Shown piece by piece: positions 19,803 through 28,892 of a DNA stretch of 64,000 nt. The DNA lies in contig JAZJZK010000006.1 in the NCBI GenBank assembly GCA_040389905.1, positions 138,100 to 202,099 of the forward strand, read 5' to 3'. Numbering within the stretch: the stretch's first letter is position 1; each line of letters starts with the position of its first letter. This DNA is from Gemmatimonadota bacterium. GTDB taxonomy: Bacteria > Gemmatimonadota > Gemmatimonadetes > Gemmatimonadales > Gemmatimonadaceae. A program made the translations under genes and the position numbers. The notes below the pieces were generated by a model that worked only from the letters and a program-made list of their open reading frames with translations, ran no database searches and was not told where the DNA came from.

Positions 19803-20291
19803 ATGTCGGACACTCGCAGACGTTTGCGCGGAACGATCAAGAACACCGTTATATGGGGAATCGGCTGGGCGGTGCTCGGCTTCGCGACAAACATGGTGAT
19901 GCGGACGACTGGCATCATCAATGCGCCGATATCCGTGTTCGATTCAGCAGTGGTCGGCCTCAAGGTGGGCCTCGGCGGCGCGATCGCCGGAGTAGCCTTC
20001 TCCGCCTTCATCGCGTTCGCGTATCGCAACCGACGGATTCAGGAGATCAGCTGGTTGAAATTCGGCGTCGGCGGCGCCGTCGTGACCGTCGCCAGCATCA
20101 CCATATTCGTGCAGGGCGCGAGTCTTCTGGGGGGAGGCCGGCTGATAGAGTGGCACTATATGCAGTCGACCCTCGCCATGTTTGCAGCATTCGGCTTCAG
20201 CGTCGCGGCCATTTCAATGAAGCTCGCACAGTTGGCTCAAGTGAGAGCTATCAGCGGGAGCCTGAGCCTGAGCGTGAGCCTTGAGCAATGA
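19803..20291 (+). CDS. Hypothetical membrane protein; last residues are encoded by the GAGC repeat
   Basis: Four hydrophobic segments. Tail ISGSLSLSVSLEQ* is read from repeat copy D. Confidence 0.75.
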   Translation: MSDTRRRLRGTIKNTVIWGIGWAVLGFATNMVMRTTGIINAPISVFDSAVVGLKVGLGGAIAGVAFSAFIAFAYRNRRIQEISWLKFGVGGAVVTVASITIFVQGASLLGGGRLIEWHYMQSTLAMFAAFGFSVAAISMKLAQLAQVRAISGSLSLSVSLEQ

Positions 20292-20395
20292 GCAACTCAG
20301 AGCTTGAGCACGAGCTTTGAGCTCCGGCTTTAAGCTCCACCATTGAGCCCCAGCTTTGAGCTCTTGTCAGCTCACCGCTCGAGGTGCACGCTCAT
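20242..20395. repeat. GAGC-hexamer element copy D
   Basis: Perfect core GAGCAATGAGCAACTCAGAGC at 20283-20303 and an inverted partial arm at about 20370-20395. Lies between convergent genes. Confidence 0.88.
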
Positions 20396-20399
20396 TGGT

Positions 20400-20966
20400 C
20401 TACCTCAGTTCGAGCGCCGAGGAAACAATGAACGACAGGAACAGGCCACCGACGATCACGGTGATCAATACGTGATACCATGGCCGCTTGACCACAGCCA
20501 CGGAGGTCAGCAGCACCGCAGAAATCGCGTTGCTCGCTGCGCCAGAAGCGAAGAATGAGCCAGCCTGCAACGCGCGGCGGATGGCATCGAGTGCGGGACT
20601 GACCGCGAGGATGCCAAAGAACCAGGCACTGTTGCTGAAGTAGTATTCGCGCAGGTCGATAATGCGATCATCGCGCTCGCTGTCCGTGGGGAGCACGAAC
20701 GCCGCCGCGAGATACATGCTGATAGGGCTGAGCAGGATGAACAGGAAATAGAAGAAGTTCCACTTGAGCGTGGTGCGCAGCGCGAAACTCGCCCACCACC
20801 ATTCGATCAGGCTGATGAAGATCAGGACGAACCAGACGATGGAGAGCCAGTACACCCTCACACGGGCGCGCGCCTGAATGAGCTCGTGGAGTGTCGTGAG
20901 CATGTGCGCGAGGCCGAGGCCGAGCACGATCGAGATGAGGACGGAGAGGTGCTCGAAAGGTGTCAT
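20400..20966 (-). CDS. Hypothetical integral membrane protein
   Basis: FE.LSVLISIVLGLGL..., EWWW and DLREYY motifs. Five to six TM segments. Confidence 0.8.
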   Translation of the reverse strand: MTPFEHLSVLISIVLGLGLAHMLTTLHELIQARARVRVYWLSIVWFVLIFISLIEWWWASFALRTTLKWNFFYFLFILLSPISMYLAAAFVLPTDSERDDRIIDLREYYFSNSAWFFGILAVSPALDAIRRALQAGSFFASGAASNAISAVLLTSVAVVKRPWYHVLITVIVGGLFLSFIVSSALELR

Positions 20967-21093
20967 TCGTCAGGTACACGCAACGGGTAGTCGACATGCT
21001 GCCACCGGCACCCGTTCCCTGCCGTGGCGAATCGCTATTCTGTTTTGCCAGCATAGATTCTCCCGACCTCCACCTCCTCCCGGGCCGATCCCC

Positions 21094-22512
21094 ATGCGCA
21101 AGGCATTTCGCCAGCTCGCTGCCGCCGCTCTTCTCGCCACCGCCGCCAGGGCGCAATCCACTCCGCTGACGCCGGTGCAGCAGCTCGCCCGCGAGATCTA
21201 CAAGGAAGTCATCGAATTCAACAGCGTGAACATCGGCGGCGGTACGACCGACGTCGCGAACGCGCTCGCGAAACGGTTCCGCGATGCCGGGTTCCCGGAG
21301 GACGACATCTTTCTTGGCGGCGTGCAACCGAACAAGCGCAACCTCGTCGTGCGCTACCACGGTACGGGAGGCGCTGCCGGCGCGAAACCCCTCGTGCTCC
21401 TCGCTCATCTCGATGTCGTCGAGGCGCTGAAGAGCGACTGGTCGGCGGGCCTCGATCCGTTCAAGTTCCTCGAGAAAGACGGGTACTTCTACGGTCGCGG
21501 CATCATCGACGACAAGGCGCAGGTGGCGATCTTTTCGGCGCTCGTGCTGCAGATGAAGAAGGACCGCGCGACGCCCGATCGCGACGTCGTGCTCGCCCTC
21601 ACCGCAGACGAAGAGGGCGGGTGCTGCAACGGTGCGCGCTGGCTGTTCACCAACCATCGCAATCTCGTCGACGCATCGTTCGTGCTGAACGAGGGGGCAT
21701 TCGGGTTCATCCGCAATGGAAAGCCAGTCGCCAACACCATCGAGGCGACGCAGAAGGTGGTGGGCGGATTCACTGTCACGTCGAAGAACCGCGGCGGGCA
21801 CTCATCACTGCCGCGCCGCGACAATGCGATCTACCAGCTCGCGGCGGGGCTGATGCGACTGGCGGACTACAAGTTCCCGGTACAGTTCAACGATGTCTCG
21901 CGCGCTTACTTCGAGCAGACGGCACGAATCGAGACGCCGGAGGTCGCGACCGCGATGCGAGCGCTCATCAAGAATCCCGCCGATGCCACGGCGGAGGCGG
22001 TGCTGGCAGCCGATCCGCTGTACAACTCGATGCTGCGCACGACCTGCGTCGCCACGATGCTGAAGGGAGGGCATGCGTCGAACGCACTCCCGCAGACGGC
22101 CGAGGCGACCATCAACTGCCGCATGCTGCCGGAAGCGCGCTCGGCAGACGTTCGCGCCGGGATCGTGCGGGCGCTGGCGGACACCGGGCTCGAAGTGTCG
22201 AACGCTGCCGATCGCGAACCCCGCGGGTCGGCAGCGGTTGTACCGGAGATGCTTCGCGCCGTTGAAGGAGTCACCAAGGAGCTGTGGGGCGACATCCCGG
22301 TGATCCAGATCATGCAGGGAGGCGCGACGGACGCAATCCCCTGGCGCAACGCGGGGATTCCCGCATACGGGATCTCGGGGCTGATGGTGGACCCAGACGA
22401 TTTGAGGCTGCACGGGCGAGACGAGCGCGTGCCGGTGAAGAGCTTTTACGACGCACAGGAGTTTACCGCGCGGCTCGTGAAGCGGCTCACTTCACGGGGG
22501 ATTGTGCCGTAG
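21094..22512 (+). CDS. Secreted M20/M25/M40 family metallo-hydrolase (paralog 1)
   Basis: AHLDVV, YGRG..DDK, ADEE, NEG, GGHSS, GATD and HG.DER motifs, with a signal peptide. Confidence 0.93.
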   Translation: MRKAFRQLAAAALLATAARAQSTPLTPVQQLAREIYKEVIEFNSVNIGGGTTDVANALAKRFRDAGFPEDDIFLGGVQPNKRNLVVRYHGTGGAAGAKPLVLLAHLDVVEALKSDWSAGLDPFKFLEKDGYFYGRGIIDDKAQVAIFSALVLQMKKDRATPDRDVVLALTADEEGGCCNGARWLFTNHRNLVDASFVLNEGAFGFIRNGKPVANTIEATQKVVGGFTVTSKNRGGHSSLPRRDNAIYQLAAGLMRLADYKFPVQFNDVSRAYFEQTARIETPEVATAMRALIKNPADATAEAVLAADPLYNSMLRTTCVATMLKGGHASNALPQTAEATINCRMLPEARSADVRAGIVRALADTGLEVSNAADREPRGSAAVVPEMLRAVEGVTKELWGDIPVIQIMQGGATDAIPWRNAGIPAYGISGLMVDPDDLRLHGRDERVPVKSFYDAQEFTARLVKRLTSRGIVP

Positions 22513-22519
22513 GACTTGC

Positions 22520-22690
22520 GCTCGAGCAGGAGCTTGAAGGTGAGCGACCAGCGGGAGCGTGAGCCTGAGCGCGAGCCTTGAGCAATGAGCAACTCAGAGC
22601 TCGAGCCTTGAGCCTACAGCATGAGCCTGAGCCGTGAGCCTGGGCTGTGACTTCTTATTACTTAGCATGAGCGGGAGCCAGCGCGAGCTG
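22520..22690. repeat. GAGC-hexamer element copy E
   Basis: Perfect core at 22580-22600 within GAGCNN runs. Lies between convergent genes and runs into the 3' end of the M1 fusion gene. Confidence 0.88.
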
Positions 22691-25600
22691 ACTCCACGGC
22701 GCGGACGTTGTCGGCCCGGTCGCGGTCGATGAGTTTGTAAAGCGGGTCGATCACCACTCGCGCTGGCTGTTTGTCGACGACGAGCTCGAAGACAACTGGC
22801 GAAACACTGATTTGCCGTTTCTCGAGAAAGAGCACCGAGTCGCCGCTCTCGCCGAAGATTGCGATGTCGAGCCAATCATCGAGCGGGACCACGCGCTCGC
22901 TCCCCGTGCCGTCGCCGCGCCGCTTACGGGCCTCCAATTCCAGGCGCACAAGCCATGCGCCGTCGGTGCGCTTGGTGCACGTCGCCGCGACGACCTTCGT
23001 ATCGAACGTCGTGATCCGTTCGAACAGGTCTGCCACCAGCTCCTCCGATCCTGAAGGCACCACCGGACGGATCTCCTCGAGGAGTTCTGCCGTCGTGCTG
23101 TAGGGCGGATTCCCCGAGGCGTAGCGCGAGAGAAACCGCGTCAGTGCCTGGTTGAGCGGCGCCTCACCCACGGCATCGCGAAGCGCATACATCGCCAGCG
23201 CGCCTTTGTGGTAGTACGCGTACTCCTGGCCGTCGACGAACGCGAGCGGTGCCTCCACCCCACGTTCACCACCACGGCCGCGGAGATACTGATCGTGTTC
23301 CCACCCGAGAACGCGGCGCATCTGCTGCCGCCCGAACTCGGCCTCCATCACCATCAGCGCCGAGTACTGCGCGAGCGTCTCGTGCAGCATGCCGACGCCT
23401 TGCACGTTGGCGCCCACCAACTGCTGACCCCACCATTGATGCGCGATCTCATGTGCGGTGACGTAAAACGGATAGTCGATCGCCTCGTCGCCATCGAGGC
23501 GGGCGTTGAAGCCCATCGATTCGGAGAATGCGATCAAGCCGGGAAAGGACGTGGCATCGCGGACATAGCGAGGGAACTCGACGATCCTCAAGGAACGGTG
23601 CTGGTAGGGACCGAAGTTCGCTGAGTAGTATGCGAGCGACTTTCTGGCCGCATCGACCATGCGGCCGACGTTGGCGTTGTGCATGGGATGATGGTAGACC
23701 TCGATCGCGACCCCATTGCTCTCGCTCCTGGTCACCTCATACCTCGCAGATGCGTACGCGAAGTGGTGGGTGATGGGTACCTCCGCGTTGTAGTGGAAGT
23801 AGCGCCGTCCGTCCTTGACCCACTCTCGCTCCAACTCGCCGGAGGTGACAGCGATCTGATCGCTGCTCGTGGATACGGTGCTCTCGAACTCGATGCGGTC
23901 TGCGTCAGGAGCACGGGGCGTGGTGCGACGCGCTACGACATCGTCGATGCCGGCAAGGCGAGCGGCGGGCCCCAGTCCATGTCGCCGCCGCTCCTTAGGG
24001 TCGGTGAGCTGCCGGTGAGCGTCGTATCCGATGACGGGGAAGAAGTCCCGCTTTGTGAAGTATGTGCCATTGTCGATGATGGCGACGTCCGCGTCATTGT
24101 TCACGAAGCCGTTGTTCTCGACCGTGAGATCGAAGCCGATCTCGATGACCTCTTCCGGCGCGAGCGGCGTTCGCAGGCGAAGAATACGGTAGCCAAGCGC
24201 CGTGTCGACGAGGATGAGGTCGTAGGGGGGAAGGGCAAGGTGGTTTACGCGGACGTGCACCGGAATGCTCACGTGAATGTCTCGGAGCGGTGTCGCGGAG
24301 CGGTGTCGCATGCGATACGTGCCCCGAATCTCGACGCGTCGTCGCTCGGGAAAGATGTCGACCTCCGACCGCACAGCGGTGATCCGGGGCATCGTGACAC
24401 CCTGATACTTCCGATACCGCTGCTCATAGCGCGCTCGAGCGTCCGCCGCACGCGTGCTCGGCACATACGCATTCAGGACGTTGGTGTTGTAGAATATCCA
24501 GGAGCCCACGGCCACCGCGCCGATGGCGCCAACGGTGACAACCGCCCGCGCAGGCCCACGGAACCGCGCGCGCGCCGAGGCAAACCGCGTCCCCCACGCG
24601 TCGTCGGTACCCCTCCGCCAGAACATGATTGCAAGCCCGCCAAGCACGACTGCGACGAACGCCCAATACAGGCTGTACCAGGCGAACGGCGCGCCGAATG
24701 GTCCGTAGCCGTTGAAGTCGGAGTAGGGCGTCGGTGGGAGGCTCGCGAAGCGATAGAGATGATGCTCGAACCCGAACTCCTCGAGGAGATCCCAGCTGAT
24801 GATGAAGAGGATCACCAGTCCATAGCCCGCGAGCTTGCTGCGCGCGCCGACGTGGAACGAGCACGCGAGGACCATCATGAGGATCGGATAGACGGCCGCG
24901 ACCGCGACGCCCTGCGCGTAGAGGCCAAGCGCGATGTCGTCGTAACCGTTTATGAGTTGGAAGCCGATCAGGGCGAGAACGCCCGCCAAGAGAAAAATGC
25001 CAATCACCAGCAGCAGCGCCGTGAGCTTTCCCGCCAAGTAGACGCCGCTGGGCGCCGGCATCGAATCGAATACCTCATTCAACTCCGCCGAGCGCTCTCT
25101 CCAGATCAGTTCACCGCTGTAGAGCACGACCACGAGCAGCAGCACGATCGAGTAGATGCCCTGCAACGCCTCGAGCATCAGGTACGTGCGGGGATAAACG
25201 GGCATCCCGAACAGGTTCCCGGCGGACGTCGCTCCCTGAATGAGAACGAGCAACCCCAACACAAGGATGCCGAGAAACGGAACGCTCCACAGAACGTTCG
25301 TCGCCTCGTGGCGCACTTGCCGCGTGAACTGACGGACCACGGTGAAACGCGAGAACACGCGACGAAGCGCCGGTGCGAACACTCGCGCAGTCTCTTCCAC
25401 GGGCGATGCGACATTGGTCGCATCGCGATTGCGGCCACGACGCTTCCGCGAGCGCGACGGATCGAAGCCGACGACTGAGAGGCCGAGCGCTGAGAGACCG
25501 AGACCGAGCCAGAGGATCCGATTCCAGAGCAGGGTCCCACCGACTTCAGGAGTCGCGGAGTTCAGCTCAGCGACCGTCCAATACTTGAGGGCACCGGCCA

Positions 25601-26246
25601 ATGCCGTCACGCCGAACGGATCGAGGAGTTGCCCGATCCACTGCGGTTCGAAACGCGAAGCCGCGAACACGGCCGACGCGCTGGCCACGAACAAGGCAAC
25701 GACACCGACGTAGGTGGCGAGCGTGCTCCGCATAAAACTCGCGAGCGCGAAGAACGCCGCGCCGAGCGCGAGGAGTGTTGGGATGATCAGCACGCCAAGA
25801 CCGAACACGTATGGGGCGAGCCGGAATGGCCCCAGTCGTGACGGATCGAGTCCGGGCAAGAAAAAGCTTGCAGCAAGCGCAGTGGTACCGACCAGATACG
25901 GGAGGGTGCAGACCACCATCGTTCCCGCGAAGCGCGCCGTCAGGAAGGTGACGTGCGAGATCGGCTTCGAGAAGAAGAGGTCATCGGTGTGCCGCTCGAC
26001 GTCGCGCACGGCCGCGCTCGTGACGAACGCGGTCAGGAGGAACAGGACGAGATAAATCCACTTCATGAGCTGCTCGAGGATCACCGCCGGCGCATTCAGA
26101 TCAAGTCTGCCGGAAGCGCCGTTGTCTGCACCCCCAATGAACAGCAGCACGCTGAGACCGAACGTGACCAGGTAGAACAGGGGCTGCCTGAGTTGATATC
26201 GGATCTCGAACCAGAAGATCTCAGTCCACGCGCGTCTAGCCGCCAT
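22662..26246 (-). CDS. ABC-2 type permease fused to M1 family aminopeptidase domain (copy 1)
   Basis: Two multi-TM permease halves (DPFG, WRER), then AHEIAHQWWG, E.LAQY and YY.KG. Start ATG 26246 overlaps the ATPase 3' end. Confidence 0.92.
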   Translation of the reverse strand: MAARRAWTEIFWFEIRYQLRQPLFYLVTFGLSVLLFIGGADNGASGRLDLNAPAVILEQLMKWIYLVLFLLTAFVTSAAVRDVERHTDDLFFSKPISHVTFLTARFAGTMVVCTLPYLVGTTALAASFFLPGLDPSRLGPFRLAPYVFGLGVLIIPTLLALGAAFFALASFMRSTLATYVGVVALFVASASAVFAASRFEPQWIGQLLDPFGVTALAGALKYWTVAELNSATPEVGGTLLWNRILWLGLGLSALGLSVVGFDPSRSRKRRGRNRDATNVASPVEETARVFAPALRRVFSRFTVVRQFTRQVRHEATNVLWSVPFLGILVLGLLVLIQGATSAGNLFGMPVYPRTYLMLEALQGIYSIVLLLVVVLYSGELIWRERSAELNEVFDSMPAPSGVYLAGKLTALLLVIGIFLLAGVLALIGFQLINGYDDIALGLYAQGVAVAAVYPILMMVLACSFHVGARSKLAGYGLVILFIISWDLLEEFGFEHHLYRFASLPPTPYSDFNGYGPFGAPFAWYSLYWAFVAVVLGGLAIMFWRRGTDDAWGTRFASARARFRGPARAVVTVGAIGAVAVGSWIFYNTNVLNAYVPSTRAADARARYEQRYRKYQGVTMPRITAVRSEVDIFPERRRVEIRGTYRMRHRSATPLRDIHVSIPVHVRVNHLALPPYDLILVDTALGYRILRLRTPLAPEEVIEIGFDLTVENNGFVNNDADVAIIDNGTYFTKRDFFPVIGYDAHRQLTDPKERRRHGLGPAARLAGIDDVVARRTTPRAPDADRIEFESTVSTSSDQIAVTSGELEREWVKDGRRYFHYNAEVPITHHFAYASARYEVTRSESNGVAIEVYHHPMHNANVGRMVDAARKSLAYYSANFGPYQHRSLRIVEFPRYVRDATSFPGLIAFSESMGFNARLDGDEAIDYPFYVTAHEIAHQWWGQQLVGANVQGVGMLHETLAQYSALMVMEAEFGRQQMRRVLGWEHDQYLRGRGGERGVEAPLAFVDGQEYAYYHKGALAMYALRDAVGEAPLNQALTRFLSRYASGNPPYSTTAELLEEIRPVVPSGSEELVADLFERITTFDTKVVAATCTKRTDGAWLVRLELEARKRRGDGTGSERVVPLDDWLDIAIFGESGDSVLFLEKRQISVSPVVFELVVDKQPARVVIDPLYKLIDRDRADNVRAVESARAGSRSC

Positions 26247-27102
26247 GGAGCGCAGCGAAGTAGACGTGCTCGAGATCCGGCTCGGCCGCATCGAATCCGT
26301 TGCCCGGAGATTGATCGCTCAGCACATGGACGATCGAGCGCCCGCTGACGAGCCGAGTGGAGAGGACGGTCATAGCCTCCTGATACGTGGCCACCTCACT
26401 CCGCTCGACGACCTTGCGCCAGACCTTCCCCTCGAGCCGAGCGACGAGCGCGCCGGGTTCTCCGTGAAGGAGTACCCGTCCCTTCGACAGGATGGCCATC
26501 CGGCTGCACAGCTCGCGCACATCTTCGACGATGTGGGTCGAGAGGATCACCACCGCGTTCTCACCAATCTCGCACAGTAGATTGTGGAAGCGATTGCGCT
26601 CCTCGGGGTCGAGCCCCGCAGTAGGCTCGTCGACGATGATCAGCTCAGGATTGCCCAGGAGCGCCTGTGCGATGCCGAAGCGCCGGCGCATTCCGCCCGA
26701 GAAACTTCCGAGCTTGCGCTTCCGGACGTCGTACAGGTTGGTCATGCGCAGGAGTCGTTCGACCGCTTCGCGCCGTTCGACCGGCGACACCAGCCCTTTC
26801 AGAACTGCAAAGTGATCCAACAACGCCTCGGCCGAGATGCCCGGGTAGATGCCCATGTCCTGCGGCAGATAGCCCAGAATCTTACGGACCTCGTGCTTCT
26901 CCTCGAGCACATCCAGGTTGTCGAAGAAAACTCTCCCGGCGTCGACGCCCTGCAGCGTGGCAATCGTCCGCATCAGCGTCGACTTTCCGGCGCCGTTGGG
27001 ACCGAGAAGACCGAACATTCCCCTGGGGATCTCGAGCGTCACATCGGTCAGCGCCTGAACACCGTTGCCGTAATTCTTGGAAATGTTGTCGATTCTCAGC
27101 AT
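26236..27102 (-). CDS. ABC transporter ATP-binding protein (copy 1)
   Basis: [26 protein letters not shown] and LSTH motifs. Confidence 0.95.
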   Translation of the reverse strand: MLRIDNISKNYGNGVQALTDVTLEIPRGMFGLLGPNGAGKSTLMRTIATLQGVDAGRVFFDNLDVLEEKHEVRKILGYLPQDMGIYPGISAEALLDHFAVLKGLVSPVERREAVERLLRMTNLYDVRKRKLGSFSGGMRRRFGIAQALLGNPELIIVDEPTAGLDPEERNRFHNLLCEIGENAVVILSTHIVEDVRELCSRMAILSKGRVLLHGEPGALVARLEGKVWRKVVERSEVATYQEAMTVLSTRLVSGRSIVHVLSDQSPGNGFDAAEPDLEHVYFAALHGG

Positions 27103-27103
27103 G

Positions 27104-28000
27104 TCAGCACTCCGAGTTATGGAGATGCTTTTCGAACCAGTGGTGCGCGTAGGCCTCGTCGCTGAATGCCGCAACTTCCACGTACCCATTTCGACGATAG
27201 AGCGCCTGTGCCTCGTTGAGGCTCCGGTTGGTTTCGAGGCGCAGCAGCGTCACGCCGAGACCAGCGGCCTCTCGTTCGAGAGCGACGAGCAGACGACGGC
27301 CCACACCGGCGCCGCGTACTTCGCGGGAGACCCACATTCTCTTGATCGAGCCGACACCCGGCTCCGCCACCTTGACCGCGCCGCAACCCACCGGGTGCCC
27401 GTCGAGGCGGGCGAGCAGAAAGACACCGCGCGGACGCCGCAAATCTTCAGAGTCGGCCGGGATCGAATTGCCGACATTGAAGCCAGCCTCGAAGCGCGTG
27501 GCCAACTCCGCGAAGTACTGCTCGAGACACCACCTTGCCTCCGGGCTCTCCGGATCTTCGATGCCGATCCGGGTGAACGACAGGTTGAGCAGCTTCTCCA
27601 CTTCCGACATTGCAGTCACGAGACGCGCGCGTTCAATCTCACTGAGTGGCTCCAGGGTCCCTTCCGCAAATCGGTCGCCGAGCCGATCGAGTTCCTCGAG
27701 CTCCGCGAGGCCGGCGATCGTCAGGAATGCACGGCGGCTGCGCAGATCCGATTCGAGGGGGGCGACCTCGATCAGGCCATCCTTTTCAAGGGAACGCAAC
27801 AGCCGGCTGAGATAACCGGAGTCGAAATCCAGCCGAGCGCGAAGCTCGCGAATATCCGCGCCCTCGCTTCCGATCTCGAACAGCAACCGCGACTGCGCGA
27901 TCGGGCGGTCGCGGCCGAGGAAGCGGTCGGTGAACACGCCAACCCGGAGGGTGAGCGCGCGGTAGAAGCTGCGGACGGTCGGGACCGGGTCGTGCGACAT
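27104..28000 (-). CDS. Bifunctional MarR-type HTH / GNAT acetyltransferase
   Basis: DSGYLSRLLRSLE..GL and D.RSR...LT.AG winged helix, followed by GNAT motif KRMWV...RG.G.GRRLL and A.ALYRR.GY. Confidence 0.92.
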   Translation of the reverse strand: MSHDPVPTVRSFYRALTLRVGVFTDRFLGRDRPIAQSRLLFEIGSEGADIRELRARLDFDSGYLSRLLRSLEKDGLIEVAPLESDLRSRRAFLTIAGLAELEELDRLGDRFAEGTLEPLSEIERARLVTAMSEVEKLLNLSFTRIGIEDPESPEARWCLEQYFAELATRFEAGFNVGNSIPADSEDLRRPRGVFLLARLDGHPVGCGAVKVAEPGVGSIKRMWVSREVRGAGVGRRLLVALEREAAGLGVTLLRLETNRSLNEAQALYRRNGYVEVAAFSDEAYAHHWFEKHLHNSEC

Positions 28001-28035
28001 TGTCTGACTTTAGTCAGACAAGTGTGTGTGGTCAA
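28000..28035 (-). promoter_or_regulatory. Sigma70-type promoter with overlapping palindromic operator; probable leaderless transcript
   Basis: Minus strand TTGACC (28035-28030), N17, TAAAGT (28012-28007), then 6 nt to ATG. Palindrome TTGTCTGACT-TT-AGTCAGACAA at 28000-28021. Confidence 0.8.
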
Positions 28036-28112
28036 GGTCTGTGTGTCGCCCACGTTCCCGCTCTCTAGCGCAACGTGGGCAATGAGCGGGAGCGCTCAGC
28101 CATGCTCAGGTC

Positions 28113-28871
28113 TCACATAAATACATATCGCGGGTACGTCCCTCGCGCGGCGATCGGTGCATTCAGATCGATGTCGACCGTAGCGAACGGCTCCTCCCGC
28201 GTCGTGGTTGCCAGCAGCTCGCCGTCGGGACTAACGATCCATCCTGTTCCGCCGCAGGCACCCGTCGGGTCCACGCGGTTGGACGAAAGACTGAAGGCGC
28301 CCGATCGCACCGCTGCGACCACCCCAACGGCCAGCCACTTCGCAGTAGTAGCCGCGGTCGCGCGCGGCGACAGGATGGCCTGCACGCCACATCGCGCATA
28401 CACACCATAGTTCTCAACCGCCCACAACTCCGTGCAGATGTTGAGCGCAAACGACAACGCGCCCACGTGATGCACAGGAAAGTCCGCGTCGCCCGGTTCG
28501 AACCAGTTCGCCTCCCAACCACCGGCTTCATCGGGGAGGAAAAACTTGCGACGCAAGGGCACCACTTCGTCGGTGGCAGAAGCCACGTACCCCTGATTGA
28601 ATCGTCGTGATTCGATCGTGACCGGGCGCGTACCGACGACGTACGTCGCGTGTAGCTCCGGAAGTCGAGCGAGCCAGCATTCCCCGAGTGACTCTGCGGC
28701 GCTCCAGCGGGCCAGGCCAAAGTGCTCAGACTCCCACACCGGCTCGACCATCGCGAACTCGGGCAGCAAGACGAGCTCCGACGCGTGGCGTGTCGTGTGT
28801 TCGCACAAAGCCGACCAGGCAACCATCAGCGCAACGGGTTCGTGCGGAAGTTCACAAACGGTAACGCGCAT
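28113..28871 (-). CDS. Carbon-nitrogen hydrolase (nitrilase superfamily)
   Basis: Glu-Lys-Cys triad in LLPE, RRK..LP.E and NICTE; WIVSPDG. Confidence 0.9.
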   Translation of the reverse strand: MRVTVCELPHEPVALMVAWSALCEHTTRHASELVLLPEFAMVEPVWESEHFGLARWSAAESLGECWLARLPELHATYVVGTRPVTIESRRFNQGYVASATDEVVPLRRKFFLPDEAGGWEANWFEPGDADFPVHHVGALSFALNICTELWAVENYGVYARCGVQAILSPRATAATTAKWLAVGVVAAVRSGAFSLSSNRVDPTGACGGTGWIVSPDGELLATTTREEPFATVDIDLNAPIAARGTYPRYVFM

Positions 28872-28892
28872 GAATTGCGTGTCTTGTTGGAG

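Noticed and set aside
23679..25478. Long antisense ORFs (also 28722-30191, 38529-39866, 62432-63523, 5301-6329)
   Set aside because: These are shadow frames of well-supported genes in high-GC DNA, with no motifs.
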